Source: a virus
Strand: one strand, 5' to 3'
DNA: 64,000 nt
IMG/VR virus record: IMGVR_UViG_3300033149_001571
Coordinates: 4,357 to 68,356 of that record
Part shown: piece by piece, positions 19,603-29,713 of the stretch
How positions within the stretch are numbered: the first letter of the stretch is position 1
How the letters are laid out: every line of letters starts with the position of its first letter
The notes under the pieces: generated by a model
Told to the model about the DNA's origin: nothing
The model's input: only the letters and a program-made list of their open reading frames with translations
Databases searched by the model: none
Made by a program: the position numbers and the translations under genes

Positions 19603-20404
19603 CTTCTTCTGGTTCCTTCTCTGGCGTGACGTCGATAACCTTCGCCGGTTCGTCTCCGTAGTCTCTCGCGGGGCGCTCCCCCGTCTCTAGGTAGTGCTCG
19701 ATCTCTTCCGCGTTCCACCCCTTGTATTCGGGTAGAAGATCGTCCAGCACGTCGTGACCCACGTCCCCGCGGTCTACCTCCTCCACGAGCGCGATCATAG
19801 CGGGTAGCTGGGACTCCCCGGATAGGTCTAGCCGTACCTCTTTCGGTAGCTGGGAGAGCGGGTCCCGCGATTGGTGCGGGCTCTCGTAGACCATGCGGAA
19901 CGCCTTCGCCGTCTCGGAGAAATCGGTGTAGGGACGGATCACCTTAAGGCTCTCGCGGAGCCCCTTCGGTAGCGCGATGTTTTGTAGGTCTTCGTCGCTC
20001 CCCTCCCCCTTGCGTATCTTCTTTAGCGCCGGCCGTACCCGGTGGGCCATGAAGGCTTCGAGCGCTTCCCGTGCGTACGTCTGCGCGGTCTTCGTGATCT
20101 CTATGGAGCGCCGTAGGCTCTCCGGTGCCTCCGCTCCCACGTACTCCGCGGCTCTCTGAGCGCGTGAGCGAATCGCCGCCACCTCTTCCGCGATCCGCGA
20201 GTGATAGGAGATCATCCCGCGCGATTCGTCTCCCACCTTCATAAGCCACGCTAGCTGTGGCTTCGTGAGACCGGTAGCCGCTACCACCGCCTGGATCGTG
20301 TGGCCCGTGGAGACTAGCTCCCACCCGCGCCGGTACTGATCCGGGGTGATCTCTTCCCACGGCCTCCGGCGCTTGCGCGCGGGGTTCGTCGCACGCCGCC
20401 CCAC
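19586..20404 (-). CDS. Hypothetical protein, possible terminase small subunit
   Basis: N-terminal HTH-like segment (GHTIQAVVAATGLTKPQLAWL), helical body, two genes upstream of TerL; GTG 20404 overlaps upstream stop. Confidence 0.4.
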   Translation of the reverse strand: MGRRATNPARKRRRPWEEITPDQYRRGWELVSTGHTIQAVVAATGLTKPQLAWLMKVGDESRGMISYHSRIAEEVAAIRSRAQRAAEYVGAEAPESLRRSIEITKTAQTYAREALEAFMAHRVRPALKKIRKGEGSDEDLQNIALPKGLRESLKVIRPYTDFSETAKAFRMVYESPHQSRDPLSQLPKEVRLDLSGESQLPAMIALVEEVDRGDVGHDVLDDLLPEYKGWNAEEIEHYLETGERPARDYGDEPAKVIDVTPEKEPEEDEEHD

Positions 20405-20973
20405 TAGCCCGCCTCCGTCCAGCGGACGCCCCACGGGGTAGACGCTCGCGCCGTCTCTCTCTCCGCCTTATGGGCCGCGCTAGACCCCTTCTCTACGTAG
20501 ATCCACCCGGCCGCCGGGTCTAGCATCGTAGCCACTTCGTCCAGCGCCGCCGCGGAGATCGCGTCCGCTTGCGGCTCGAAGATCACCACCTCCGCCGGCG
20601 GCGGAAGGAAGGGGAGCGCCGCGGCCCGCTGTACCACCTCATGGGAGCCCGTCACACCCTCGAAGAGCGCCGTAGCATCGAAGACCCACCACACGGGAGC
20701 CGGGCTCCACCGCGTCTCTGAGACCCCGCGTAGCGCCCACACTTCGAGCCCCTCCGTACGGCCGTCCGCCGCGAGCATGGTAAGCGCCCGGTCTAGCTTC
20801 GAGTCCCCCCACGGGGCCCGCTTTAGCCGGACCGCCGCCGCGCCGGGGACTCGCGCATCTATAACCGCCCGAAGAAGAGAGAGATCGTCTTCGAGATCTA
20901 GCTCTCCGACGTCTACACCTACAGCCATCCGGCCCTGTAAGTCCCCGTAGGGGATTCGATTGATTCCTAGCAC
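20404..20973 (-). CDS. Hypothetical protein
   Basis: 189-aa ORF in operon; TAGAAT-N6-GTG upstream. Confidence 0.55.
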   Translation of the reverse strand: MLGINRIPYGDLQGRMAVGVDVGELDLEDDLSLLRAVIDARVPGAAAVRLKRAPWGDSKLDRALTMLAADGRTEGLEVWALRGVSETRWSPAPVWWVFDATALFEGVTGSHEVVQRAAALPFLPPPAEVVIFEPQADAISAAALDEVATMLDPAAGWIYVEKGSSAAHKAERETARASTPWGVRWTEAG

Positions 20974-20982
20974 CGCTAGATT

Positions 20983-21555
20983 CTACTCGATTCCCGAGAA
21001 CAATTTCTTAACGTCTCGGGTTCGCTTTATCTCCGTGGCGGCCTTCTTCGCTTCGGTTACGGACTCCGGCTCTTCAACCGCCCCCGCTGTCCGCGGGTGC
21101 GCCGCGTCAATCTTCGCGCCTAAGTAATCGAAGCCGTCCGAGATCTGTACCTGCTGCCCCACCACAGCCTCCGCTACCCGTTCGATCTTGTCCTCCGTAG
21201 TCTTTACTCGCTCTTCGATCGAGCGGGACTCTTCGCGAATGGATTTAATCTCCGTCTCTATTGGCGATTCTTTATTCGATACCACATAGAGAGCGCCACC
21301 ACTGCCGGACGTCACGACCGCGAGCGTAGCCGCTAAGAGCCTGTAGGTAAGTCGCTCCCGTTGTGTCTTAGCTTCGGTCTCTTCGATCTGTAGGTCTAGA
21401 AGCCGCGAGATAGACTCATCTCTACGTGCGTCGCTCTGCTCGCGCTCTCGCTTGCGTACCCGGTCCGCTTCCTGCGTCTGCTCTAAGAGCTTACCGATCT
21501 CGCACTGGATCGTGTCTCGAAGCGCCGCGCGGAAATCTCTAGATTCGACGTTCAT
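20983..21555 (-). CDS. Membrane-anchored coiled-coil protein (lysis accessory?)
   Basis: Central hydrophobic segment flanked by coiled coils; ATG 21555 overlaps endolysin TGA. Confidence 0.5.
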   Translation of the reverse strand: MNVESRDFRAALRDTIQCEIGKLLEQTQEADRVRKREREQSDARRDESISRLLDLQIEETEAKTQRERLTYRLLAATLAVVTSGSGGALYVVSNKESPIETEIKSIREESRSIEERVKTTEDKIERVAEAVVGQQVQISDGFDYLGAKIDAAHPRTAGAVEEPESVTEAKKAATEIKRTRDVKKLFSGIE

Positions 21556-22469
21556 AGGTCCACCCCCGAGAGCGATAGACGTACCGCGATCTCCGTGCGC
21601 GGTCCCCATCTCCCATCTACTACGAGCCCGGCGGATCGTTGGAACGCGATCACCGCTCCCTTCGTTTGCTCTCCGGGGATCCCGTCAATCGGTCCCACGT
21701 CGAAGCCTAGATCCGAGAGAGCCGCCTGACGCTCGCGCCACGTCTTTAGCGGCCTCCCGTCCGCGCCCTCTATGACCGGATCTCCAATCGTTACCCGGCC
21801 GCTAGGGTCCATACTGTCCGGCTCTACCTCTTCGCCGCGGTGAGTCCGTACCCACGACTCTAGAGCGTCACCGGGGCACGCGGGCTTGCCTGCGTCGAAG
21901 TGTCCGCGCAAGCTCTCACGGTCTAGCCCGTAGCGCGGAAGAAGGTAGTCTAGGATTAGCTCTTTCCCCGCGAGCATCGCGAGAGAGTCCGGCCCCGCCG
22001 GTAGTTCCCCGCGAGCGTGGCGTGACTGAAAGTGTCCAGCGAAACACACGGCTACCCCGATACGGTTCCACACTCCGCCCGTGTGGTACGTGTGCCGGTC
22101 GTCGTCGTGGCACCGGTAGACGACTAGCTTCCCCTCTTCGGTGTCTGGCACCGTGGGGACCACGAACGTGTAGCCGATACCGGGCCACCCCCGGCCGCCG
22201 CCTACCCATACCGGCGAGAGCTTCCCGCGTCTCTTCCGGTAGACTAGATTCCCGTCTTCGTCTCGCTTGTAGCGAGGTTCGCCCGCATGGAATCGGGCGA
22301 TTCTAATCGGAGCGTCTAGCCCGTTAAGACGGTTGCCGGCGCTCTGGTGAACGAAGACCGCCTCTACTTTCGCGGTGCTTCGTCGCGGGCCGTAGCCTCT
22401 ACCGGGTAAGCCTCCGAGACGAACTAGACGAACGTGTTCGCCTTCCCACTCTGTGGTCTTCGTGAGCAA
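21552..22469 (-). CDS. Endolysin: N-acetylmuramoyl-L-alanine amidase (Amidase_2) plus peptidoglycan-binding domain
   Basis: VHQSA, IGYTF, HTG..N..G, GH.D...ACPG zinc ligands; C-terminal Q..L..LGF..G.IDG..G..T..AV..FQ...GL.VDG..G..T. Confidence 0.9.
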   Translation of the reverse strand: MLTKTTEWEGEHVRLVRLGGLPGRGYGPRRSTAKVEAVFVHQSAGNRLNGLDAPIRIARFHAGEPRYKRDEDGNLVYRKRRGKLSPVWVGGGRGWPGIGYTFVVPTVPDTEEGKLVVYRCHDDDRHTYHTGGVWNRIGVAVCFAGHFQSRHARGELPAGPDSLAMLAGKELILDYLLPRYGLDRESLRGHFDAGKPACPGDALESWVRTHRGEEVEPDSMDPSGRVTIGDPVIEGADGRPLKTWRERQAALSDLGFDVGPIDGIPGEQTKGAVIAFQRSAGLVVDGRWGPRTEIAVRLSLSGVDL

Positions 22470-22472
22470 TGG

Positions 22473-22667
22473 TCACGAACTCCGGCCGCTCCGCATACCT
22501 TTACCCGCACCCATGACACCGCGACCACTACCACCGTTAACGGAGATCGTAGCGGAGTCCTTAACCGCGGGGGTCTCGGGGGGTGCCTTCGTGGGATCGT
22601 CTTTCCCAATGCCGTAGCATTCGATCCGATTCTTTCCGGTGATTCCTTTCGGGTTACCGTGCGCCAT
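22473..22667 (-). CDS. Small basic hypothetical protein
   Basis: 64-aa ORF filling the gap; TAAAGT-N6-ATG upstream. Confidence 0.45.
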   Translation of the reverse strand: MAHGNPKGITGKNRIECYGIGKDDPTKAPPETPAVKDSATISVNGGSGRGVMGAGKGMRSGRSS

Positions 22668-22676
22668 ACCCCTACT

Positions 22677-24308
22677 TTACCTCTCACTCAAGATCGGGTC
22701 TAGGTAGCCCCGCACGGACACCAACAATTGAACGGTACCCGCCGCGGCCGTGTTCTGATTTCTCCACTCGAAATTCCCGGCGTCATCGGTGCGAATCGTG
22801 GTGCTCTCTACCAGCCTAGCGTCGCCCCCGGCCGTGTCACTCTGCGATTGCCATAGATAGAACCCCGCCGGCCCGGGGGTGTCATACGTAGGGGAGTCAA
22901 CGTAGGCGGATACCGTAGAAGCCGCCGCCACCCCGATATAATTAAGCTGGATCGTTAAGTCGTACTCTCTCGCCTCCGGGAGCACCGGACCCGCGGACGG
23001 GAAGATTGCTCCCGTACCGAGCACGTCCAACTCTCGAAGCTGGGACGTCTGGACTCCGCTATCTGCATTCGATTGATTATCGAAGCTCCGGGGGATCTTT
23101 GCCCCCTCCGTGATTCGTACGCGCCCCCCGTGCGTCTGCTGAGTCGTGAGACCCGCCGGAGCGACGGAGCTTAGAGCCATCGCGCTACCTAGGTAGATGG
23201 AGTGTGCCGCTTCTCCGTTAGACCATGCGGGATCGTTAAGCCTAAGCGTACCGGGATAGCTTCCTACGCGGCTCGGAGCGTTGATACCAGTAACCGTGGG
23301 CGCGGCCGTAGAAGCAACCACGATCCCGTTGATAACAGCCCCCGGGGTGACCGCTGGATTAGAGGGGAACCGCGGCGTACCTGCTACGGTGTTATCGAAG
23401 AATTCGCGGGTGGTAATCGCCACGTCTGCGTCGTAGCCGGAAGGGTACGGAGCGGACGCGAGGTAAAAGTAAATCGGCGCGTCTCCGGCCGGGTAGCTCT
23501 CACCCTGAGCGAAGTTAGGATTAGTCGCGATGTTCGCATCTACTACGGGGGTCCCCGCTAGAAACGCCTCGAAGCGAGCGCGGGGAAAGTAGACCGCGAG
23601 AGGGTTAAGTCTTACGTCGGTACCACCGCCGCCGCCCGTGACGTTAACCCCGCCCTTGCCACCGATCTCGTAGCTGCTCTCCGGGTTCCCGAGAAGCGGC
23701 CGGCACCTTACGACGTCGGTCGTAGAGAGCACCACCGCGGCGGCGGTGATATACACGTACGCGAGCGGGATTGTTCCCGCCGTACCCGTAGGGAGAGCCG
23801 GGGTAGGGGAAGGTGCCCCCGCGTTGACAGTGAAGACCGGCTCCGGTGCTCGGATCTTGTCTACCGATACCGGCGAGAACGTACCGAGCGCGGGCTGGAA
23901 GATATCGCGAGTCGATGCCACCTCCACGGTATCCCCGGGCGCTACCTCGATAGCTACCCACCGGGGGTTACCCGGATCCACGAACGAAGAGAGATCGATT
24001 GTGGTCGGGGACGTCTTCTCGATCTTGAGATATGGAGAGTCGAGAGCGGTCGCCGCGGTTCCGAACTTGAACCCCAGAATCGCGGACACCTCCGCGTTAA
24101 GGTCCACCCCGTTCGTAGAGACGAAGCCACCGGAAACAATCCCGCTCATGCTCCCACTGCTTCCGCTGTTACGCCAGAAGTCCCCGGAGAGACCGGCCGC
24201 CGCTTCGTCCGTGCTCTTCGCGTGGAAGAGCGCAGTAGCGTCGTTTAGGTCCGTAGAGAGAAGCCGCTCTCTCGTGTTGAAAATCACCCGTCTGTTATTG
24301 CTCGCCAT
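22677..24308 (-). CDS. Baseplate/tail-fibre-associated structural protein
   Basis: 543 aa beta-rich, follows baseplate wedge genes; P.LP.G.IPLAYV motif common at fibre N-termini. Confidence 0.55.
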   Translation of the reverse strand: MASNNRRVIFNTRERLLSTDLNDATALFHAKSTDEAAAGLSGDFWRNSGSSGSMSGIVSGGFVSTNGVDLNAEVSAILGFKFGTAATALDSPYLKIEKTSPTTIDLSSFVDPGNPRWVAIEVAPGDTVEVASTRDIFQPALGTFSPVSVDKIRAPEPVFTVNAGAPSPTPALPTGTAGTIPLAYVYITAAAVVLSTTDVVRCRPLLGNPESSYEIGGKGGVNVTGGGGGTDVRLNPLAVYFPRARFEAFLAGTPVVDANIATNPNFAQGESYPAGDAPIYFYLASAPYPSGYDADVAITTREFFDNTVAGTPRFPSNPAVTPGAVINGIVVASTAAPTVTGINAPSRVGSYPGTLRLNDPAWSNGEAAHSIYLGSAMALSSVAPAGLTTQQTHGGRVRITEGAKIPRSFDNQSNADSGVQTSQLRELDVLGTGAIFPSAGPVLPEAREYDLTIQLNYIGVAAASTVSAYVDSPTYDTPGPAGFYLWQSQSDTAGGDARLVESTTIRTDDAGNFEWRNQNTAAAGTVQLLVSVRGYLDPILSER

Positions 24309-24319
24309 GATCTAGCCCT

Positions 24320-26233
24320 CTAGGGAATCGTTAACTCTTCGCTCTTGATTAAGGTGAATCCTACCCCGCCCGCCTTGATCGCGTCGATAGCGGAGTAGAT
24401 AGCAGCGTAAGCGGCGTCCCCGTCCACCGGGGAACCGTCCATAAACCCGAAGAAAGAAGGCCCGTAGTACACCTCCGCCGAATCATCGAAGTACAGCGGT
24501 CCTTCATCGCAGAAGATGCCAAAGTCCCCCGCGCCTAACAGCGGGAGCTTCACGAGGAACCACCCGTAAGCCTCCGTAGCGCTCTGCAATACGAAGAAGT
24601 CCGCCTCCGGGAAGAGATCCCCGGGGCCGTATAGGTCGAACGCCGCCACACGGTCCGGGGCTAGATCCGCGTCCGTGTCCATGAAGAGCCCCGTGTACCC
24701 CCCACCAATCCCGCCGTCTTGCACGTCACACACGGCCCCGGCGAACCCGAGCGGCCGGAGGATTCGATTAATCGTCCGTAGAATCGCGTTCGGGGATACC
24801 ACGTCCGCGAGTCGGCTCGCCCGGTCTCGGAACACCGAATCAGACTCCCCCGGCTGCTGATAGACCCCGCGATCATCCCCTAGCAAGTAGAGATCGTCGT
24901 CCCTCCCGCCGGTGAACGCCTCCACGCTCGCGAGCGAGAGCCCCAACGCCTCGAAGTCTAAGAGCGTCCACGAGACGGTACCGCTCTCCGGCGCTAGGGG
25001 CTCGTCTGAGAGCGCGAGAAGACGGCCAGACGCCGGGGACGTCGTGGACGCTACGAACGCGGAGAGACGCGCTCTAGCGAAGAAGAGCGAGAGCCCCGAG
25101 CCGGAAGGGCTCGCGAGCGCCGTCCAGCCCGGCGGCACCGTCCACGAGACGGAGTAGGTAGCCGCTCCCCCCGGCGCTCGGAATCCGTTCGTAGGGTCGT
25201 CTACGTCCGCGAGAGCTTGCCATGCCGCGCCGTCCCAATACTCCCAGACAATCGTCCAGTCCCCCACCCCCACGGTCGTAAGATCGAAGACCACGCCGGA
25301 GATCGGGCCAGAGAAGCCGAAGTAGAAGGCGTCTCCGAGCGCCGGCGCGGCGGGGAGTAGCGGTACCCCGTCCGCGGTGTACGAGCGCGCCTCTACTGCG
25401 TAGTCCGTGAACGCTCCCCCGTCATCCTGTAGGGCCTCCACTAGATCGCGCCGTACCGTGTCCTCTAGGGTCACCCGGCGCGGGTACCGGCCGCTCCCCA
25501 CCGGTATCTCAATCTCTGGCCAATCGAAGCCGGCGATCTTTCGCACCTGCCCCACGTTCGCGGGGTCTCCCGCCCCCGTGATCCGAACGTACAGCCCTAC
25601 GTCGCTAGGCTCGAAGACGTCCGGCTTCCCGGTGTCCTGTAGCACCGTCGAAGGCCCCGAGATAATCGAAGCATTAATCCCGGCGCGCTCCGTGTCCTGA
25701 TCTTTAATCGAAATCAGATCTAGGTCTACGGTCCCGTCTTCGTTCGCTACGAATTCAAGGTTCCCGACGAAGCCTAGAACATCGCTAACGAACTCCACCT
25801 CTTGAGTCCGCGAATCGTTCGGGTTCCATACAACCGGGGCCGCGTTTAGGTACTCCCTCGCCCCCTCCACGCCGCCGTCGAAGACTAGGCGCATATCCCC
25901 GGCGTTCACCACGAGAGCGTCTACGGTGGGCCCTACGCGAGCGAGAGAGACGGTACCGGTAGCGATACCCGCCGGCCGTCCAGACGAAGACGGATCGTCT
26001 CTCTCGATCGCGCTCGGGAGATAGAAGCGCGCGGCGGTAGTGCGGGAGCCCTTCTCCGCTACGGTCTCGAAGATGCTCGCCAGCCCGCGGAAGATCGCGA
26101 AGCTGGGATGGGGCTCGCCGTTCTCCCCCTCTTCGATCGGCCTGTAATACTCCGGCGGGACCGCCCGCCGGAACACCTCTAGAAGATCCTCGAAGGTCGG
26201 AGCCGGTGGTAGCTTGCCTTTACCGTTCGCCAC
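24320..26233 (-). CDS. Baseplate wedge-like structural protein
   Basis: LG.DRGVYQ.PGESD..FR.R and terminal IKAGGV motifs like P2 gpI/DUF2313 wedge proteins; large beta-rich insert. Confidence 0.55.
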   Translation of the reverse strand: MANGKGKLPPAPTFEDLLEVFRRAVPPEYYRPIEEGENGEPHPSFAIFRGLASIFETVAEKGSRTTAARFYLPSAIERDDPSSSGRPAGIATGTVSLARVGPTVDALVVNAGDMRLVFDGGVEGAREYLNAAPVVWNPNDSRTQEVEFVSDVLGFVGNLEFVANEDGTVDLDLISIKDQDTERAGINASIISGPSTVLQDTGKPDVFEPSDVGLYVRITGAGDPANVGQVRKIAGFDWPEIEIPVGSGRYPRRVTLEDTVRRDLVEALQDDGGAFTDYAVEARSYTADGVPLLPAAPALGDAFYFGFSGPISGVVFDLTTVGVGDWTIVWEYWDGAAWQALADVDDPTNGFRAPGGAATYSVSWTVPPGWTALASPSGSGLSLFFARARLSAFVASTTSPASGRLLALSDEPLAPESGTVSWTLLDFEALGLSLASVEAFTGGRDDDLYLLGDDRGVYQQPGESDSVFRDRASRLADVVSPNAILRTINRILRPLGFAGAVCDVQDGGIGGGYTGLFMDTDADLAPDRVAAFDLYGPGDLFPEADFFVLQSATEAYGWFLVKLPLLGAGDFGIFCDEGPLYFDDSAEVYYGPSFFGFMDGSPVDGDAAYAAIYSAIDAIKAGGVGFTLIKSEELTIP

Positions 26234-26573
26234 GTCCCGCCCCTCTCGCGCGGCGCGCTAGGCCGCTGAAATTTTCGAGCCTAACCCCGTCCCGCAAGAC
26301 GGACGTCTTGAAAGACTCGCGCATCCGAAAGCGCGCCTCTTCGCGTACCTCGAAGGGGAGCGCAGACTGGATCGCGAGGTTCGGAGGCATACGCTCGCCC
26401 GTCTCGGGGTTCACCTCTACCACGTTCCGGTCGTAGCGGTACTCGCATACGTAGCACTCGATCGGTGGCTCTTGCGCGTCGGGGCTCGCGTCGTAGCAGA
26501 TCACGAAGTCTCTACGACAGAAGCACCGCCGACAGAAGAACTCTCCCGCGGGGTATAGGCCGTCCGTAGCCAC
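26220..26573 (-). CDS. Small zinc-ribbon protein
   Basis: CRRC and CYVC pairs. Confidence 0.45.
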   Translation of the reverse strand: MATDGLYPAGEFFCRRCFCRRDFVICYDASPDAQEPPIECYVCEYRYDRNVVEVNPETGERMPPNLAIQSALPFEVREEARFRMRESFKTSVLRDGVRLENFSGLARRARGAGRGER

Positions 26574-26581
26574 GGAGACGC

Positions 26582-26974
26582 CTAGCGCTTCTTCGCGCTC
26601 CCCTTCCGTACGGTGACCGTCTTCCCGCCTTGAACCTTCCGCACGCCCTTGCGAGCGGCTACGGATTGGACCTTCTTCGACGCGGCGGGAGCTTGCTTCT
26701 TCGCGATCTGGGAAGCCGTCTTAAGCCCGGCCTTCTTCGCCCCCTTCTCGCCGCCTGCTAGAACTCGATTCGCCTTCTCTACCACCTTCGAGAATTCCGC
26801 CTTCGAGATCTTCCCGGACTTAAGCGCCTGAGAGGCTCGCGCCTTCGCGTTCGATGCGTGGGCGCGGTCCGGCATAGGGTAAGCCCGCTGCTTAGGGAGC
26901 CCGTACTGTGACGCCGGGATCTTCGCGCGTTGCTTCGCGGTTAGGTTGCTCTGTGCCTTCTTCGTCTTCGCCAT
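26582..26974 (-). CDS. Lys-rich protein with DUF6582-like domain
   Basis: LTAKQRAKIPASQYGLPKQRAYPMPDRAHASNAKAR resembles the L...R..LP.S.F..P..R.YP..D..H..NA..R pattern. Confidence 0.6.
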   Translation of the reverse strand: MAKTKKAQSNLTAKQRAKIPASQYGLPKQRAYPMPDRAHASNAKARASQALKSGKISKAEFSKVVEKANRVLAGGEKGAKKAGLKTASQIAKKQAPAASKKVQSVAARKGVRKVQGGKTVTVRKGSAKKR

Positions 26975-26976
26975 GA

Positions 26977-28083
26977 TTAGCCCGTGAGAGAGATACGATC
27001 TCGGGTGGTACGGATTACGGTACCGGTAGAGGGTACGAGATCCCCGGCCGGTTCTGAGAGAGCACCCGCCGGGACGATTAGCTGTGACGTCCCTGCGAGC
27101 GCGCTAAGCACGTCCGCGCGCCGGAGGGTATCGCCCGGAGCAATCCCGTTCACGAGAGCCAGGAGACGGTTCGTAGCTTCCTGGATTACGTTAGAGGTGT
27201 TCGCACCCGCCTCGAAGAGAAGACCGGCCGCGGAGATGTTCACGTACTGAGGAACCGCCGGGACCACGAGCACGGGAACCCCGAGCGCTCGGTATTCGTC
27301 TAGAGATTCTTCTACCTCTTCGGCTAGAGCTTCATTCGCTTGCCCATCCGAATCGGAGATATTGAGCGTTACCCGATAGCCGGGGAGCCCCGTCGTCTCC
27401 TCGAAGGTCTCCGCGGCGGTGGCTTGCGTCACCCTAGCCACGTCCAGCGCTCCGAACTCAATAGCGGAGCGAGTACCCCGGCGCGCGTTCGTGAAGAAGT
27501 CCCGCGCCCGGTCCCTTAGCTGGTCATCCGTCTCCCGCTCATTCCCCCCGCTCGCCGCCTCTGCGTTCGTAACCTCTACGCTAGGGTCTTCGAGAGCGCT
27601 CACCACCTGCGTGATAGTGGCCGGCTCTACGTCCCCCGCTACGCCCGTCTGTTCCGCGATAGCGAGTACGGAGAGCGGTCCTATCTGCCCGTCTGCGAAA
27701 GCTACGTCTGTGGTCGTGACGAAGTTAATACCCGTCGCGGTACCGAAGACGGAGCCGGCGGGAATCGTGAAGCCGGGGGTGGTGTTCGTACGCGAGAGCG
27801 TGAGCGTAGCGACCGCGGCGGTGGCTTCCTTCCGCGTTAGCTGGTAGCGGTCGAAGACCCACCGGTCTAGGGCCTCCCCGTTCGCGGTGGAGAGATTCAA
27901 TTCGTTAACCGCCACCTGTAGGAAGCGCGAAAGCTCTCCACCCATCGCGGAGGCCACCCGGAAGACGATATTAATATCGCTTCCCACGGTGTCTATAATC
28001 GCTTTATCGAATCGGGTAGGCGATAGGATCGCCTCTTGTCTTCCGGCTAAGAAGAGATCTCGCTCTGTAGGTGCGTCCGCCAT
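26977..28083 (-). CDS. Baseplate J-like protein
   Basis: TA.GEALD, IPAGS, A...G..G.V....IT, V.N..A..GG...ETDD.LR.R. Confidence 0.9.
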   Translation of the reverse strand: MADAPTERDLFLAGRQEAILSPTRFDKAIIDTVGSDINIVFRVASAMGGELSRFLQVAVNELNLSTANGEALDRWVFDRYQLTRKEATAAVATLTLSRTNTTPGFTIPAGSVFGTATGINFVTTTDVAFADGQIGPLSVLAIAEQTGVAGDVEPATITQVVSALEDPSVEVTNAEAASGGNERETDDQLRDRARDFFTNARRGTRSAIEFGALDVARVTQATAAETFEETTGLPGYRVTLNISDSDGQANEALAEEVEESLDEYRALGVPVLVVPAVPQYVNISAAGLLFEAGANTSNVIQEATNRLLALVNGIAPGDTLRRADVLSALAGTSQLIVPAGALSEPAGDLVPSTGTVIRTTRDRISLTG

Positions 28084-28086
28084 GGT

Positions 28087-28956
28087 CTAGACCCTCTCCG
28101 AGAATACCACCCGAACGGTACGCGCGTCGCTTCTCTGGACTCGTGATTCTACGTTAACGAAGGTCCCCGCGGTCGTACGGTCCACACTCACCGTGGTTCC
28201 CGCCTGTAGCACGTCCGGCTCTTCTTGGATTTGCTCGTTAATGAGGTTCGCGAGCGCTTGCGAAGATCCGGCCTTCGCGAGCTTCTTAACCTTCACGCCT
28301 ACACCGTAACCCGGTGCCCACGAGAGCCCGCCCGGGTCCGTGAAGACACGCCGGAAGATCCGTTTGCGGAGCGAGAGAGACGCGCTCTGTATCGCTATAT
28401 CCCCATTATCTTCGATCCGGTACACCTGATTAGGCTGCCCCGGCTCCGCGTTAACCACGTAATCGAAGTCCCTGTAGCGCTCTTCGGAGATCGTTACTCG
28501 GCTCGCCTGCGGAGCGAAGCGGAGCGCGCGAAACTCGAAGACGTTAGGGCCTGCGAACGTCTCTCCGTTCTTCCCCCGGATGCTCGTGGAGATCGTTACG
28601 CTGTAGCGGACCCGAGACTCTAGCGCCGCGTCCGTAGCCACCTCGATCTGCTTAGGGTCCTCCTCGTCTACTACCGCCGTCGCGGAGTACGGCTCGCGCG
28701 TGGGGACCACTTCACCGGGCGGGACATAGATCTGACCGTTGCCCGTAACGATCGCGGGGTTCACCGCTTCGAGCGCGTAGTTCTCTTCGTTCGTAGCGCT
28801 CGCGAAGCTCTGCGGGTCTAAAGACTCCGGCTCGCGATCGAACACTACGACGAATCGATTATTAGAAGCGGGAAGAACCCCGAGCACGGTAATTAGGCCC
28901 GGACCCCCCGCGGGTCCGAGCCCGCTACCTAGCGGATCTATTCCGAAGACGGACAC
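28087..28956 (-). CDS. Baseplate protein with C-terminal gp25/gpW-like domain
   Basis: C-terminal GD......L...I.RR..T.PG....P.YG.G motif, directly upstream of baseplate J; N-terminal Ig-like part. Confidence 0.65.
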   Translation of the reverse strand: MSVFGIDPLGSGLGPAGGPGLITVLGVLPASNNRFVVVFDREPESLDPQSFASATNEENYALEAVNPAIVTGNGQIYVPPGEVVPTREPYSATAVVDEEDPKQIEVATDAALESRVRYSVTISTSIRGKNGETFAGPNVFEFRALRFAPQASRVTISEERYRDFDYVVNAEPGQPNQVYRIEDNGDIAIQSASLSLRKRIFRRVFTDPGGLSWAPGYGVGVKVKKLAKAGSSQALANLINEQIQEEPDVLQAGTTVSVDRTTAGTFVNVESRVQRSDARTVRVVFSERV

Positions 28957-28968
28957 CTAGCGGACCCC

Positions 28969-29388
28969 CTACGGGACCGCCGTAACGGAGCCCACCGCGG
29001 AGAGAAGCGCGTAGGCGTACGCACCGGAGGCGTCTGCGTAGCCGGCGACAGTGATCGCAGAGCCGGCCGCGTCCAGCGTATAGGAGGTGTTACCGTCGAT
29101 CTTCTGGGAGAGCGTGACGGTGATAACCTCCGAGCCTTGCCGCTTGAACGTGTGAGCGATCATCTCTACGGACTCGTCTTCGAGATCTAGACCGGTGAAG
29201 CTATGCGCGTCCGTAGCCTCTTCCGAGAGGTGCAGATTAGCTTCCGCATCCGCCGCGACCGCGGCCCCTCCGGTAGCTCCGTCCGCCACCACTTGGTTCT
29301 TAAATCCCGCGAGATCTCCCGCGCGTGAAGCTCCCCACTTCCCCAGAGCGTCTCGGAGCGGGGGGCGTGATTGAATCTCTCTTGCCAT
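28969..29388 (-). CDS. Hypothetical structural protein
   Basis: Ala/Gly/Thr-rich ORF; ATG 29388 preceded by TGcTAGGCT-N6. Confidence 0.5.
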   Translation of the reverse strand: MAREIQSRPPLRDALGKWGASRAGDLAGFKNQVVADGATGGAAVAADAEANLHLSEEATDAHSFTGLDLEDESVEMIAHTFKRQGSEVITVTLSQKIDGNTSYTLDAAGSAITVAGYADASGAYAYALLSAVGSVTAVP

Positions 29389-29427
29389 GGTCAAAGCCTA
29401 GCAGCGTCACCCGGCGCGCGTCTACGG

Positions 29428-29709
29428 CTAGGCTCTCTCGCCACATACGGCCACGTCTAGAGCTTCGTCTAGATCGTCTCTCCGTCTGCCGGGCTCTCCC
29501 GTACCTACCACCGTCGCGCCCTCTGAGCCCCATAGAAGCCACAAGCGGCGGCGAAGCTGGACAGAGAGGTAGCGCAGGCACACCCCGTCTATGCACCGAT
29601 CTACCTCTAACGTGGCAAGCGTGATCCCCCCGGAGCGGTGGGCACGAAGAAGACGCCCCGCGATTCTTTTCGCGGTCTTATTATTAGGCGTCCAGTCCTC
29701 CGCTCCCAT
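29428..29709 (-). CDS. Hypothetical protein
   Basis: 93-aa ORF filling the operon gap. Confidence 0.4.
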   Translation of the reverse strand: MGAEDWTPNNKTAKRIAGRLLRAHRSGGITLATLEVDRCIDGVCLRYLSVQLRRRLWLLWGSEGATVVGTGEPGRRRDDLDEALDVAVCGERA

Positions 29710-29713
29710 CGGA